Positions 1 through 9,258 of a stretch of DNA of 64,000 nt are shown here, piece after piece. The position numbers were made by a program, and so were the translations under genes. Positions within the stretch are counted from its first letter, which is position 1; each line of letters starts with the position of its first letter. Origin of the DNA: Candidatus Sericytochromatia bacterium (GTDB lineage: Bacteria; Cyanobacteriota; Sericytochromatia; S15B-MN24; UBA4093); NCBI GenBank assembly GCA_036676985.1, contig JAKFBU010000026.1:224001-288000 (forward strand). Direction: 5' to 3'. Below the pieces are notes generated by a model that did no database searches, had not been told where the DNA came from, and worked only from the letters and a program-made list of their open reading frames with translations.

Positions 1-1
1 G

Positions 2-436
2 CCCCGCTACGAGGTTGACGGTCACTTGCTTTTCACCGACGAGCGAGCTGAAGGCCCCGCCGTTCCAGAGGTCCACGGTCAACGTGTAGCCGCTTTGCGG
101 GCGCAGGCCCCCGCCCAAGGCTGCGGTCGCCACGTAGGTGCTGCCGCTCGCCACGATCTGCGCTCCCTTGATCAGGGTCTTCTGTCGGGGATCGGTCAGG
201 ACGCTTGCATGCTCGAGCCGCAGGGTGGCCGTGTCCCAGGTGCCGGGTAGCGCCTGGGTCGAGCGCGCCGGGAGCTGGAGGTCGACCGAAAGGGTTGCCG
301 GGAGCTCGTCGTGATCGCTGGCAGGCTGAGCGTTCAGGCGGATGCCTGCGGGGACGACCATGGCCTCCGGTGGGACCGAGGCTGAGCATCCGACCAGGAG
401 CAAGGTCTGGAGTAGGAAGAAGCTGCGTCGAGTCAT
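2..436 (-). CDS. Lipoprotein with twin-arginine-like signal, hypothetical; runs off the left window edge
   Basis: Hand translation from ATG 436 (not in ORF track): MTRRSFFLLQTLLLVGCSASVPP..., open to the window edge. Has a TRRxF motif, an LVGC lipobox and a purine-rich RBS. Confidence 0.75.
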   Translation of the reverse strand, partial: MTRRSFFLLQTLLLVGCSASVPPEAMVVPAGIRLNAQPASDHDELPATLSVDLQLPARSTQALPGTWDTATLRLEHASVLTDPRQKTLIKGAQIVASGSTYVATAALGGGLRPQSGYTLTVDLWNGGAFSSLVGEKQVTVNLVAG

Positions 437-553
437 GGTCCTGCCCTCTGGTACATGGCGAGTGGGCAAGGATTATTTAATCAAACTACTTGAAGTTTTG
501 TAAATGATAGGTGCGTGGAGCTTCCTCGAAGGGGTGGAGTGCGGCGGGTTGGC

Positions 554-922
554 CTAGACGGTGGCCTGCTTCTTCTGGATGGCCAGCGCCTCTTGCACCT
601 GCGCGGCCGTGCAGTAGCCCAAGTCGACGAGGATCTCGCCCATGAGGCCGCCTGCGTCGGTCTGGCGCCGCAGGGCATTCTCGAGCTGGGGCTTGGTGAT
701 GATGCCTTCCATGATGAGCAATTGACCGAGCTTGCACTGCGCGCGGTAGGCGCGCAGGCTCTCGAGCAGGTCCGTGAAGCCGATGGCCTGCATGCTCACC
801 AGGATCTCGCCGATGCGCATGAAGGGCATCTGCGTCTGGAAGGTGCGTGCCTTCTGGAGCAGGGGCTCGGGAACGCTTCCTATGGCGACCAGGTAGGCTC
901 CGAACTTGCCGTCGATGTCCAT
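554..922 (-). CDS. Stand-alone MshEN-motif repeat protein (putative c-di-GMP receptor), 122 aa
   Basis: C-terminal part of ORF 554..2143, starting at MDIDGKFG. Four RLGxxLxxxGxxxxxxLxxxLxxQ-like repeats. ATG overlaps the upstream TGA (TGATG). Confidence 0.8.
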   Translation of the reverse strand: MDIDGKFGAYLVAIGSVPEPLLQKARTFQTQMPFMRIGEILVSMQAIGFTDLLESLRAYRAQCKLGQLLIMEGIITKPQLENALRRQTDAGGLMGEILVDLGYCTAAQVQEALAIQKKQATV

Positions 923-3900
923 CAATCCTCCACCCATTGCACCTGGTTGCGTCCCTTGACCTTGGCCATGTACAGGCCGCGATCGGCCCGCTCGATGAGC
1001 TCCGCGATGCGCTCGTCCTCGAGCCGCAGGCTGCTCACGCCCAGCGAGACCGTGATCTGCCGGAGGGCGTTGTCGTCCGAGTCCATGAGCTCGATCTCCG
1101 ACACCGAGCGGCGGATGCGATCGGCCACGATGAGGGCGCCCTCGAAGTCCGTGTCCGGCAGCGAGACGATGAACTCCTCGCCCCCGTAGCGCGCGACCAC
1201 GTCCGCCAGGCGGACCGCCTGGCCGAGCACCACCGAGACCGACTGCAGCACCTGATCCCCCAGGGCATGGCCGAAGGTGTCGTTGAAGCTCTTGAAGTGG
1301 TCGATGTCCAGCATGATGACGCTCAGGTGGCGGCGGTGCCGGCGGGCCTGCGCGAAGTCGCGGTTCAGCTGGTCCTGGAAGAAGCGCCGGTTGTGCAGGC
1401 CCGTGAGCGCGTCGGTCGAGGCCCGGAGGTTCGCCTCTTCGTAGAGCATGACCAGGTTCTCGAGCTCGTTGGCACGCCGGGCCAGCTGCGTGTAGAGGTG
1501 CGCGTTCTCGATGGCCACCGAGGCGTGGTTCGCGATCGCCTCCAGCAGCTCCAGGTCCCGCTCGGTGAAGTGGTTCACGATGGCCTGGCTGTCGACGTAC
1601 AAGAGGCCGAGCACCGTCTGCTTGGCGATGAGGGGCACGCACATGACCGTGCGCAGGTTGAGGGCCATGATGCTCGCCTGAACCTGCAGGTGCTCGTCGG
1701 CGCTCGCGTCCTCGACGCACAGGCTCTCGCCCGAGTCGAGCACCCGCTGGCAGATGGACTGGCTGATGGCCTGGGCCTCGGGATCGAGCCGCTCGCCGCC
1801 CCTCTTGAAGGCCGCCCGGCAGCTGAGGCGGTCCTGCTCCCAGAGCAGCAGGAAGCCACGCTCGGCGGTCGTGACCTCCAGGGTGAGCTGCACGACGAGA
1901 TCCAGCACCTCCTCCATCACGAGCGTGGTCGAGATGGTGCGCGAGAGGCTGTTGAGCATCTCGAGCTTGCGGCTCTTGTCGTCCCACTCGTGATGCAGGT
2001 TGGCGTTCTCGATGGCCGTGGCCGTCAGGGCCGCAAGGCTCATGACCACGTCCAGGTCGCCCTCCGAGAAGCCGTTGCCGATGGACTGGCGATCGACGTA
2101 GAGCGAGCCCACCACCACGTTGCGGATCTTGAGGGGCACGCACAAGACGGTGCGGACGTTGAGCTCCTGCACCGACTGCGAGTGCGAGAAGCGATCGTCC
2201 GAAAGGGCGTCCTGCAGGCAGATGGGCTGCTCGGTGCGGAGCACCTCCTCGGCCACCGAGCGGCTGATGAGCCAGTCGGCCTCCTCCTCGCCGCGGATGT
2301 TGCGCAGCTGGCTGACCTGGATCTCACCCTCCTTGTAGAGCAGGAGGAAGCCGCGCTCGGCCTCGGCGATGCCGATGATGAGGTCCATGGCCATCTCCAG
2401 CACCAGCTGGAGGTCGTGCACCTGGTTGATCTTGAGGGCGAAGTCGATGAGCTGCTCGAGGCGTTCCTGCGACTTCTGAGACCCCTGGCGCTGGGCGGAT
2501 TCGCCGCGCAGCTGGGCGAGGATGTCGGCGAGCTCGCCGCCGACCTTGCCGAGCCGCGCCTCGACGGACAACCCGGAGCTTGCGATGCCCTGGGCGCGGG
2601 GCACCCACGGAGCGAACCAGCCCGACTCGAAGGCCGGGCGATCGCCCTCCGCGAGGCCGGCGAAGAGGCGATCCGCCTCGTTGTTCGCGATCTTCTGCAG
2701 CGAGTCGCCGCGCAGGGGATCGGCCTCTGCCAACAGGCGCAGGATGCGGCCGTGCAGGAGCGGGCTACCGATGCCCTCGGCAAGGTTCAGGGCCTTTCTC
2801 AGGTGCTCGACGGCAAGCGACCGGTGATCCTGGACGAGCTTCAGCTCGCCGAGCAGCGCATGCGCCTGGGCCGAGAGGTAGCGCGCGCCGATCTCGTCGG
2901 CGTCCTGCAGGGCGTCATGGGCGAGCTGCTGAGCCGTGGCGTAGTCCTTGGAGTGGCTCGCGACCAGGGCCAGCGCCCACATGGCCTTGGCGCTGATGCC
3001 CCTGGCGTTGGAGGCGTCCGCCGCCTTGCGCGCGGTGGTCAAGGTGAGGCGCGCAGCCTCGCGCTCGCCCGTGAGGAGCTGGGCGAGGCCGAGCATCACC
3101 TGCTGCTGCGGGATGATCTCGCGCACGCCTGTCTCCTCGGTCATGGCGAGGGCCGCCTTGGCGTACTCGGCGGCCTCGGCGAGCCGGCCGAGCTGCAGCA
3201 AGGCATCCGAGCGGTAGACGGCGATGGTGACTTCCAGGTAGCGGTTGTTCATCTCGCGGGCGAGCGCTAGGCCGCGATCCACCTCGGCCATGCCCGTGCC
3301 CAGCTGACCCAGGTAAAGGCGAGCGATGCCCGAGAGCGTGACGGCCATGCCCTCGGCATAGCGGCTGTTGGTGGCGATCGCCCCCTCTGCCGCGAGCTCC
3401 GCGAGCCGCAGGGCCTCCTGCACGTCGCCCATCTCGAAGGCCACGATGGCGAGGTTCAGGTGGCCGAAGATGAGCTCGTCGGTCTGCCCGATCTCGGCAT
3501 TGATCTGCTGGCACTGCAGGAAGCACTCGTTGGCCTCGGAGTAGCGGCCGAGGGCGAGGTAGGCGTTGCCGAGCAGCATGGTCGTGTCGTTGAGGCCGAT
3601 CTTGTCGCCCAGGCCCTGCTTGATGACGAGGCTCTCCTGCAGGTAGGCGAGCCCCTCTTCCTGGCGCTCGGGATCCGAGGCGAACAGGTAGCCCAGAAAG
3701 GCCAGGCTCTCGGCCAGGTACACCGGGACGTTGGCCTCGCGCGCCACCGCGAGCGCCCGCGAGAAGACCTCGATGGTGGCGGGCACGTCGCCGCCGAAGT
3801 AGGTGATCCGGCCGAGCGTCGTGAGCGCCCGCCCGAGATCCCGCGTGGCACCCGCCTCCTCGGCGACCTCGGCGGCGCGCCGGAGCGCCTCCTTGGCCTG

Positions 3901-6153
3901 GTCGTACTGGCCTGCGGTCTGGTGGATCTTGCCCTGGCTCGAGAGGATGCGCGAGACGAGTACCTTGTCGCCCAAACGCTCGGCAAGGACCAGGGCCTCG
4001 TCGAGGGCCGCCGAGGCCTCCTTCTGGTCGCCCTGGCGGCGGGCGACATCCCCCAGGCCCACCAGGTAGCGGAGCTTGAGGCCCGGATCGGTGTCGTCCT
4101 GATGCCGGAGGCCCGCCTCGAAGTACTTGCGGGCCTGGGCGTTGGCGAAGAGGTCCAGGTTGCGCTCGCCGGCCCGCAGCGCGAAGGGAACCGCCCGCTG
4201 GGGCTCCTCGCCTTCGAGCAGGTGGGTGGCGACCGCGTTCAACAGCGCCACGTCGGCGGGCTTTTCCGCGAGCTCGGGCAAGAGGGCCTCGGCCACGTGA
4301 CCATGGAGCGCCTTGCGCTCGGACTCGCCCAGGGAGCCGTAGACGAGGCTGGCGATCTGGTGGTGCGAGAACTCGTAGCCGGTGGGACCGAGCTCCAGCA
4401 CGCCCTCGGCTTCCAGTTCGCCGATGGCCTGGAAGAGGGACTCGTCCTGGGGCAGGTCCGGCAGCGCGCTCAAGAGGGCGAGGCGCGTGCCGCCACCAGC
4501 CACGGACACGGCGCGCGCGACGGCGATCGCCTCGGGGCCGAGCGCGTCGATCTTCTGGCCCATGAGGCCGTGCAGATCGCTGGGCAGGGCCGCGAGGTTG
4601 AAGCCGCCCTCGGTCTGCCAGGCGCCGTTCTGCTTGACGAGCATGCCCGACTCGACCAGGTAGTGCAGCAGGTCGTTGAGGTAGCGCGGGTTGCCGGCGC
4701 TCACCTCGAGCACGGGCTCGAGGAACTCGGGCGCGAGCTTCTCGGTGCCGAGCATGGAGGCGATCATCCGGGTGGCCTCCTCGGCCGAGAGGTTCTCGGC
4801 CGAAAAGCGCTGGACGGGCTCAGTGGCGGGCGAGCCGCCCACGAGCACCAGGAAGAGCGGCGCCTGCTGGCTGTTGCGCAAGAGGTGGTCGCAGAGCTCG
4901 CGCGAGGGCTCGTCGAGCCACTGGGCGTCGTCGATGAGCAGCACCAGGCCCTTGGAGCGGGCGATCGCCCCCAGGACGTCGCTCACCGCCCCCTGCAGGC
5001 GCATCTTCTCCTGCTGGGGCTCCAGGGCCTCGGGGGCCTCTCCGGTGCCGAGCTCGGGCAGGAGGCGCGAGAGGACCGGGGCATGGGTGTCGAGCAGCGC
5101 CGGGCAGAGCGTGCGGGCGAGCGGCAGGAGGGCGCGGAGGGCCTCCACGATGGGCGCGTAGGGAGCGGCCTGCTCGGGGGCGCGCACGGCGGCCGTCGCC
5201 TGCTCGGCGAGCTGGGCCACCAGGTGGAACTCCTGACCGAGGCGCGTCTTGCCGCTGCCGGCCCCGCCCTCGACGAGCACCAGGCCGCCTTCGGCGCCCA
5301 GCATGCCCTCGAAGCGACCGAGGGCCTCCGCGCGGCCGATGAAGGACGGCTCCAGGAGGGTCGTGCCGACCTCTTCGGCGTCGTAGCCGAGGGCCTCCAG
5401 GACCTCGCCGGCCGACTGGTAGCGCTTGAGGGGATCCTTGGCCATCAGGCGCATGACGAGCGCCTCGAGGGCCGGATCGATGCCCGCGGCCTTGTCCGTC
5501 AGCGTGGGGACGGGGGCGTCCAGGTGGCTCTTGATGAGGTCGATGGTGCTCGCGGCCTGGTAGGGCGGGAAGCCCGTCAAGAGGTGAAAGGCGACGGCTC
5601 CGAGCGCGTAGAGGTCCGCGCGCTGGTCGACGCGGCCGCCGCGCGCCACCTCGGGCGCCAGGTACAGGAGGGTTCCGCGGATGGGGCCGCCCGCGCGGCC
5701 CGCCCGCTCCATGAGCCCGAAGTCCATGAGCTTGACCTGGCCGCCCGTCGTGAGGCGCACGTTCTCGGGCTTCAGGTCCCCGTGCACGTAGCCCTGCGCG
5801 TGGATGAAGGAGAGCGCCCGGCACAGCCCCGCGAGCACCTCGCGCACGGCCGAGGCCGACATGGGCAGGGCCTCGTCCAGCCCCTGGCCCGCCACGATCT
5901 CCATGGTGAAGTAGGGCGTGCCGTCCTCCAGGGCGCCGTAGTCGTAGACCTCCACCGTGTGCGGGTGGCGCAGGCGGGTCATGGTCCAGAATTCGTGCTT
6001 GAGTTGCTGGAGGGCGGCGGCTCCGGTGCCGTGGACGAGCTTGAGGGCGACGTCGCGGTCGGTGACGGTGTCGCGGACCGACAGCACCTTGCCCATCCCC
6101 CCCTCCCCGAGGGAGGCGAGGATCTCGTAGCGATTGGCGATGGCGTTGGACAT
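922..6153 (-). CDS. Ser/Thr kinase - STAND AAA ATPase - TPR - GAF - GAF - GGDEF diguanylate cyclase
   Basis: Kinase motifs LGEGGMG, VALK, HGDLKPEN, DFG, APE; P-loop GGAGSGKT; Walker B LLIDDAQW; long TPR region; two GAF domains (LCVPL/MCVPL...LYVD); DALTGLHNRR, RLAD I-site and RYGGEEF. Confidence 0.92.
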   Translation of the reverse strand: MSNAIANRYEILASLGEGGMGKVLSVRDTVTDRDVALKLVHGTGAAALQQLKHEFWTMTRLRHPHTVEVYDYGALEDGTPYFTMEIVAGQGLDEALPMSASAVREVLAGLCRALSFIHAQGYVHGDLKPENVRLTTGGQVKLMDFGLMERAGRAGGPIRGTLLYLAPEVARGGRVDQRADLYALGAVAFHLLTGFPPYQAASTIDLIKSHLDAPVPTLTDKAAGIDPALEALVMRLMAKDPLKRYQSAGEVLEALGYDAEEVGTTLLEPSFIGRAEALGRFEGMLGAEGGLVLVEGGAGSGKTRLGQEFHLVAQLAEQATAAVRAPEQAAPYAPIVEALRALLPLARTLCPALLDTHAPVLSRLLPELGTGEAPEALEPQQEKMRLQGAVSDVLGAIARSKGLVLLIDDAQWLDEPSRELCDHLLRNSQQAPLFLVLVGGSPATEPVQRFSAENLSAEEATRMIASMLGTEKLAPEFLEPVLEVSAGNPRYLNDLLHYLVESGMLVKQNGAWQTEGGFNLAALPSDLHGLMGQKIDALGPEAIAVARAVSVAGGGTRLALLSALPDLPQDESLFQAIGELEAEGVLELGPTGYEFSHHQIASLVYGSLGESERKALHGHVAEALLPELAEKPADVALLNAVATHLLEGEEPQRAVPFALRAGERNLDLFANAQARKYFEAGLRHQDDTDPGLKLRYLVGLGDVARRQGDQKEASAALDEALVLAERLGDKVLVSRILSSQGKIHQTAGQYDQAKEALRRAAEVAEEAGATRDLGRALTTLGRITYFGGDVPATIEVFSRALAVAREANVPVYLAESLAFLGYLFASDPERQEEGLAYLQESLVIKQGLGDKIGLNDTTMLLGNAYLALGRYSEANECFLQCQQINAEIGQTDELIFGHLNLAIVAFEMGDVQEALRLAELAAEGAIATNSRYAEGMAVTLSGIARLYLGQLGTGMAEVDRGLALAREMNNRYLEVTIAVYRSDALLQLGRLAEAAEYAKAALAMTEETGVREIIPQQQVMLGLAQLLTGEREAARLTLTTARKAADASNARGISAKAMWALALVASHSKDYATAQQLAHDALQDADEIGARYLSAQAHALLGELKLVQDHRSLAVEHLRKALNLAEGIGSPLLHGRILRLLAEADPLRGDSLQKIANNEADRLFAGLAEGDRPAFESGWFAPWVPRAQGIASSGLSVEARLGKVGGELADILAQLRGESAQRQGSQKSQERLEQLIDFALKINQVHDLQLVLEMAMDLIIGIAEAERGFLLLYKEGEIQVSQLRNIRGEEEADWLISRSVAEEVLRTEQPICLQDALSDDRFSHSQSVQELNVRTVLCVPLKIRNVVVGSLYVDRQSIGNGFSEGDLDVVMSLAALTATAIENANLHHEWDDKSRKLEMLNSLSRTISTTLVMEEVLDLVVQLTLEVTTAERGFLLLWEQDRLSCRAAFKRGGERLDPEAQAISQSICQRVLDSGESLCVEDASADEHLQVQASIMALNLRTVMCVPLIAKQTVLGLLYVDSQAIVNHFTERDLELLEAIANHASVAIENAHLYTQLARRANELENLVMLYEEANLRASTDALTGLHNRRFFQDQLNRDFAQARRHRRHLSVIMLDIDHFKSFNDTFGHALGDQVLQSVSVVLGQAVRLADVVARYGGEEFIVSLPDTDFEGALIVADRIRRSVSEIELMDSDDNALRQITVSLGVSSLRLEDERIAELIERADRGLYMAKVKGRNQVQWVED

Positions 6154-6188
6154 GATGGGCTCCGTGCAGCGGGGCAGACTCCTGTCAA

Positions 6189-6214
6189 TTAAACCCCGGC
6201 GGACGGGGGTTTAA
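6189..6214. terminator. Hairpin at the end of mlaD
   Basis: TTAAACCCC...GGGGTTTAA inverted repeat overlapping the mlaD stop. Confidence 0.45.
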
Positions 6215-7536
6215 TCCAGTGGTCGCCACTGTCCGCCGATGAAGTACTGGGTGTCGTTGGTGCTCATGGTGCGGATCCATGCGGCGGTGATGCCGTACTT
6301 CTGGTTCCACCAGTCGGGATAGTAGGAGGCAGCGAGGCGCACCGAAAGGGCAGCAGGGTCATAGACCTCGCCCTTGACCTCCAGGGCGCTGTTCGGCAGC
6401 CAGTCGACGCCGATGCCGATCTTGCTGCGCACCATGCCCAGGTGGAAGCCGAGGCCATCCGACAGGAAGTTGGGCTTGCCCCAGGTGACGTTCCAGACGT
6501 TGTCGTCGCCGATGCCCTCGACGCCGACCTGGAAGGCGTCGGCCGGAAGGCGGAGGGCCATGTTGAAGCTGCCGTAGCCGTAGGAGCCGTTGAACGTGGC
6601 GCTGTTCTGCTGGACGCCCATCAGGTCGAAGCGCGGCGAGAGCTTGGGCGGGTTGAGCGTCAGGTTCCCCACCTGGGTGACGACCCGGCGCGAGTTGGCC
6701 ACCAGGTCCTTCACGTCGGCCGTGACCTGGGGGTCCTTGGACACCAGCTCGACCTGGGCGGCGATGCCCTCCAGGCGGGCCGTGAGGTTCTTGAGGTTGG
6801 TGAGCGTTTCCTGGGCCTCGGAGAGCTGGTCGCCCTGGCCCGCGAGGGCCTGGTAGCTCTTGCGCAGGCCGCCCGAGAGGTAGCGCAGGTCACTGACGAT
6901 GGTCCGAAGATCATCGGGCGAGAGCGAGCCCGCCAGCGTGTCGGCGTTGGAGACGAAGCCCTGGGCGGCCACGGCCACCTCGTCGGTGTGCTTGATGAGC
7001 TCCTGCAGGTCGGCAAAGGCGCTCTCGAAGTTCTTGATGCCGTCCTGGAGGGCGAGCTTGGTCTCCGGGGACTCTGCAAGCTCGCGGAAGGCGACGACGG
7101 CCTTGTTGGCCTGCTCGATGGCGTTCTCGAGGCGCGGCAGGCTGATGCCGTAGACCGTGGCGTCGGCGGCGAGGAACTTGGCCTCCTTGCTCGAGTCCTC
7201 GGGCGGGAAGATCTCGAGGTTCTTCTCGCCGATGATGCCCTTGTTGAGGATCTTGAACTGGGAGCCTTCGAGGATGCGGGTCTGGCGGTCGGAGATCTCG
7301 AAATCGACCACCACCGTGCGGTCCTGGGGGTAAAGGGCCGTGACGCGTCCCACCTTGACGCCCATGAGCAGCACGTTGGCGCCCGGCATCAGGCCGTTGA
7401 CGTCCGCGAAGACGGCGCGCAGCTTGTAGCCCTGGGGACGGAAGGAGACCTGCGTGAGCCAGCTGAGGCTCACGACCATCAGCAGCAGGGCCACGACCGT
7501 GACCATTCCGACTTTTGCGGCGGCGGATAGCTTCAA
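6211..7536 (-). CDS. mlaD: MCE/MlaD family lipid transport protein with coiled-coil and beta-rich C-terminus
   Basis: N-terminal TM, then FADVNGLMPGANVLLMGVKVGRV (MCE). TTG start at 7536 follows AGGAGG. Confidence 0.85.
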   Translation of the reverse strand: MKLSAAAKVGMVTVVALLLMVVSLSWLTQVSFRPQGYKLRAVFADVNGLMPGANVLLMGVKVGRVTALYPQDRTVVVDFEISDRQTRILEGSQFKILNKGIIGEKNLEIFPPEDSSKEAKFLAADATVYGISLPRLENAIEQANKAVVAFRELAESPETKLALQDGIKNFESAFADLQELIKHTDEVAVAAQGFVSNADTLAGSLSPDDLRTIVSDLRYLSGGLRKSYQALAGQGDQLSEAQETLTNLKNLTARLEGIAAQVELVSKDPQVTADVKDLVANSRRVVTQVGNLTLNPPKLSPRFDLMGVQQNSATFNGSYGYGSFNMALRLPADAFQVGVEGIGDDNVWNVTWGKPNFLSDGLGFHLGMVRSKIGIGVDWLPNSALEVKGEVYDPAALSVRLAASYYPDWWNQKYGITAAWIRTMSTNDTQYFIGGQWRPLD

Positions 7537-7555
7537 GGCGTCCCTCCTGTCCGGG

Positions 7556-8314
7556 TCATTGTATCGCGCCCGGTCCCGGGTCGCCACGCAAAAAGGACGA
7601 AATGATGGGCTCGGTGCTGTTCTGCATCTCAGCGGGTGTTCCCGCACCCACCACCTTGCCCTGGTGCAGCATCACGATCCGCTCGCCGGTGCGGAAGATC
7701 GTGGAGAGCTGGTGGGTGACGACGATGGAGGTGGCGCGGGTCTGCTGGGCGATGCGGACGATCAGGTCCTCGATGATGGTCGAGGTGATGGGATCGAGGC
7801 CCGTCGTGGGCTCGTCGTAGAGGATGAGGGCCGGGTTGCGGGCGATGGCGCGGGCGATGGAGACGCGCTTCTGCATGCCGCCCGAGAGCTCCGATGGAAA
7901 CAGGTGGCTCGTGCCCGTGAGGCCCACCACCGCGAGCTTCTCCTCGACGGTCGCCCGGATCTCCTCGTCGGTCAAGACCGTGTGCTCGCGCAGGGCGAAG
8001 CCCACGTTCTCGCCGACGGTCATGCTGTCGAAGAGGGCCGCCGACTGGAAGACCATGCCGACCTGGTGCCGGAACGTGACCCAGTCCTCCGGCGACAGCC
8101 GGGTCAGGTCCTCGCCATTGCAGAAGATGGCCCCCGTGTCCGGCTTCATGAGGCCCATGATCATGCGCAGGATGGTGCTCTTGCCGCAGCCCGAGGGGCC
8201 GATGACGACCGTGGAGCGGCCCGCCTCGAACTCGCAGGTGACGCCGCGGAGCACCGGCTTGGGGCCGAAGCTCTTCTCGAGGCCGTCGAGGGTGAGGTGC
8301 AGCGCCTCGCTCAT
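7556..8314 (-). CDS. mlaF: MlaF/Mkl ABC ATPase
   Basis: GPSGCGKS, LSGGMQKR, LYDEPTTGLDP; start MSEALH overlaps the mlaE stop (ATGA). Confidence 0.9.
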   Translation of the reverse strand: MSEALHLTLDGLEKSFGPKPVLRGVTCEFEAGRSTVVIGPSGCGKSTILRMIMGLMKPDTGAIFCNGEDLTRLSPEDWVTFRHQVGMVFQSAALFDSMTVGENVGFALREHTVLTDEEIRATVEEKLAVVGLTGTSHLFPSELSGGMQKRVSIARAIARNPALILYDEPTTGLDPITSTIIEDLIVRIAQQTRATSIVVTHQLSTIFRTGERIVMLHQGKVVGAGTPAEMQNSTEPIISSFLRGDPGPGAIQ

Positions 8315-9105
8315 CGGGCCGAGGCTCCGGGGAAGAGGAGGGCCGAGAGGAAGTAGTTGAGGACGAAGATGGTGATCAGGCTGAAGACCACCGAGTCGGT
8401 GGTGGCCTTGCCGACGCCGCGCGCGCCGGAGGTGGTGGTGAGGCCCTGCTGGCAGCCGATGAGGCCGACCACCACGCCGAAGATGCCCGCCTTGAAGAGG
8501 CCGCGCAGGACGTCGCCCGCGACCACCAGGTCCTGCAGGCTGTTGGTGAAGAGCTGGGGCGTGATGCCCTTGACGCCCACGGCCACCGCGTAGCCTCCCG
8601 ACACGCCGACGACGTCCGCGAGGAAGGCCAGGACGGGCAGCATCAGGGTGCAGGCGAGCACCCGGGGCACGACCAGGTAGTAGATGGGATCGGTCGCCAG
8701 CGACGTGAGGGCGTCGATCTGCTCGGTGACCTTCATGGTGCCGAGCTCGGCCGCGATGGCGGCCCCCACCCGTCCGGCGATGACGACGCCCGTGAGGGTG
8801 GGCACCAGCTCGCGCACCAGGGCGATGGTCGAGACGCCGCCGATGACGGAGGTGGCCCCGTAGCGGATGAACTCGTTGGAGATTTGGAGCGTGAAGACCA
8901 TGCCCACGGACACGGCCGTGATGAGGGCGATGGGCAGGCTCTCCACCCCGATGAAGGCCATCTGCTGGAAGGTATTGCGCCAGTGGATCCGGCCCGAGAG
9001 GGCGAGCTTGAGGAAGGAGCCGAACAGCACGACGAAGCCCCCCAGTCGCTCGAGCGAACCAAGGGCTTGATTTCCCACCCGTTCCAAGACCGATTCGACC
9101 CGCAT
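8311..9105 (-). CDS. mlaE: MlaE ABC permease
   Basis: AAELGTMKVTEQIDAL and GARGVGKATT motifs; multiple TMs. Confidence 0.92.
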   Translation of the reverse strand: MRVESVLERVGNQALGSLERLGGFVVLFGSFLKLALSGRIHWRNTFQQMAFIGVESLPIALITAVSVGMVFTLQISNEFIRYGATSVIGGVSTIALVRELVPTLTGVVIAGRVGAAIAAELGTMKVTEQIDALTSLATDPIYYLVVPRVLACTLMLPVLAFLADVVGVSGGYAVAVGVKGITPQLFTNSLQDLVVAGDVLRGLFKAGIFGVVVGLIGCQQGLTTTSGARGVGKATTDSVVFSLITIFVLNYFLSALLFPGASAR

Positions 9106-9258
9106 GGCCCCTCCGAGGCGCACCGTGGGGCTGTTTGCGCCCCAATGCCCGAATCTTACCACACAAGGGTGAGCAGTTCCTACGGATGACGTGCCAGCGA
9201 TATGAACCTAGGATGAAGGATCCTAACGCCTTCTTGCTTAGAGCCCCCGGAGCTGCCT

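Noticed and set aside
923-2143. N-terminal 400 aa of ORF 554..2143
   Set aside because: Alternate-frame overlap with the GGDEF gene, Arg/Pro/Gly-rich; only the part from ATG 922 is protein-like.
922-6153. Avs-type antiphage STAND defence system
   Set aside because: The effector is a GGDEF with GAFs in a housekeeping neighbourhood, with no nuclease, TIR or SIR2 domain and no defence-island context; signalling is more parsimonious.
847-6192. Very long plus-strand ORFs 847..3270 and 3460..6192
   Set aside because: Antisense shadows of the kinase-DGC gene caused by high GC3 codon bias; no motifs. The same applies to 13979..16822, 19059..21539, 22695..24671, 33617..36052, 44964..46898 and 50179..52173.
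8315-9166. Apparent N-terminal extension or fusion of mlaF (ORF 7556..9166)
   Set aside because: Off-frame overlap with mlaE; the real start is the ATG at 8314.
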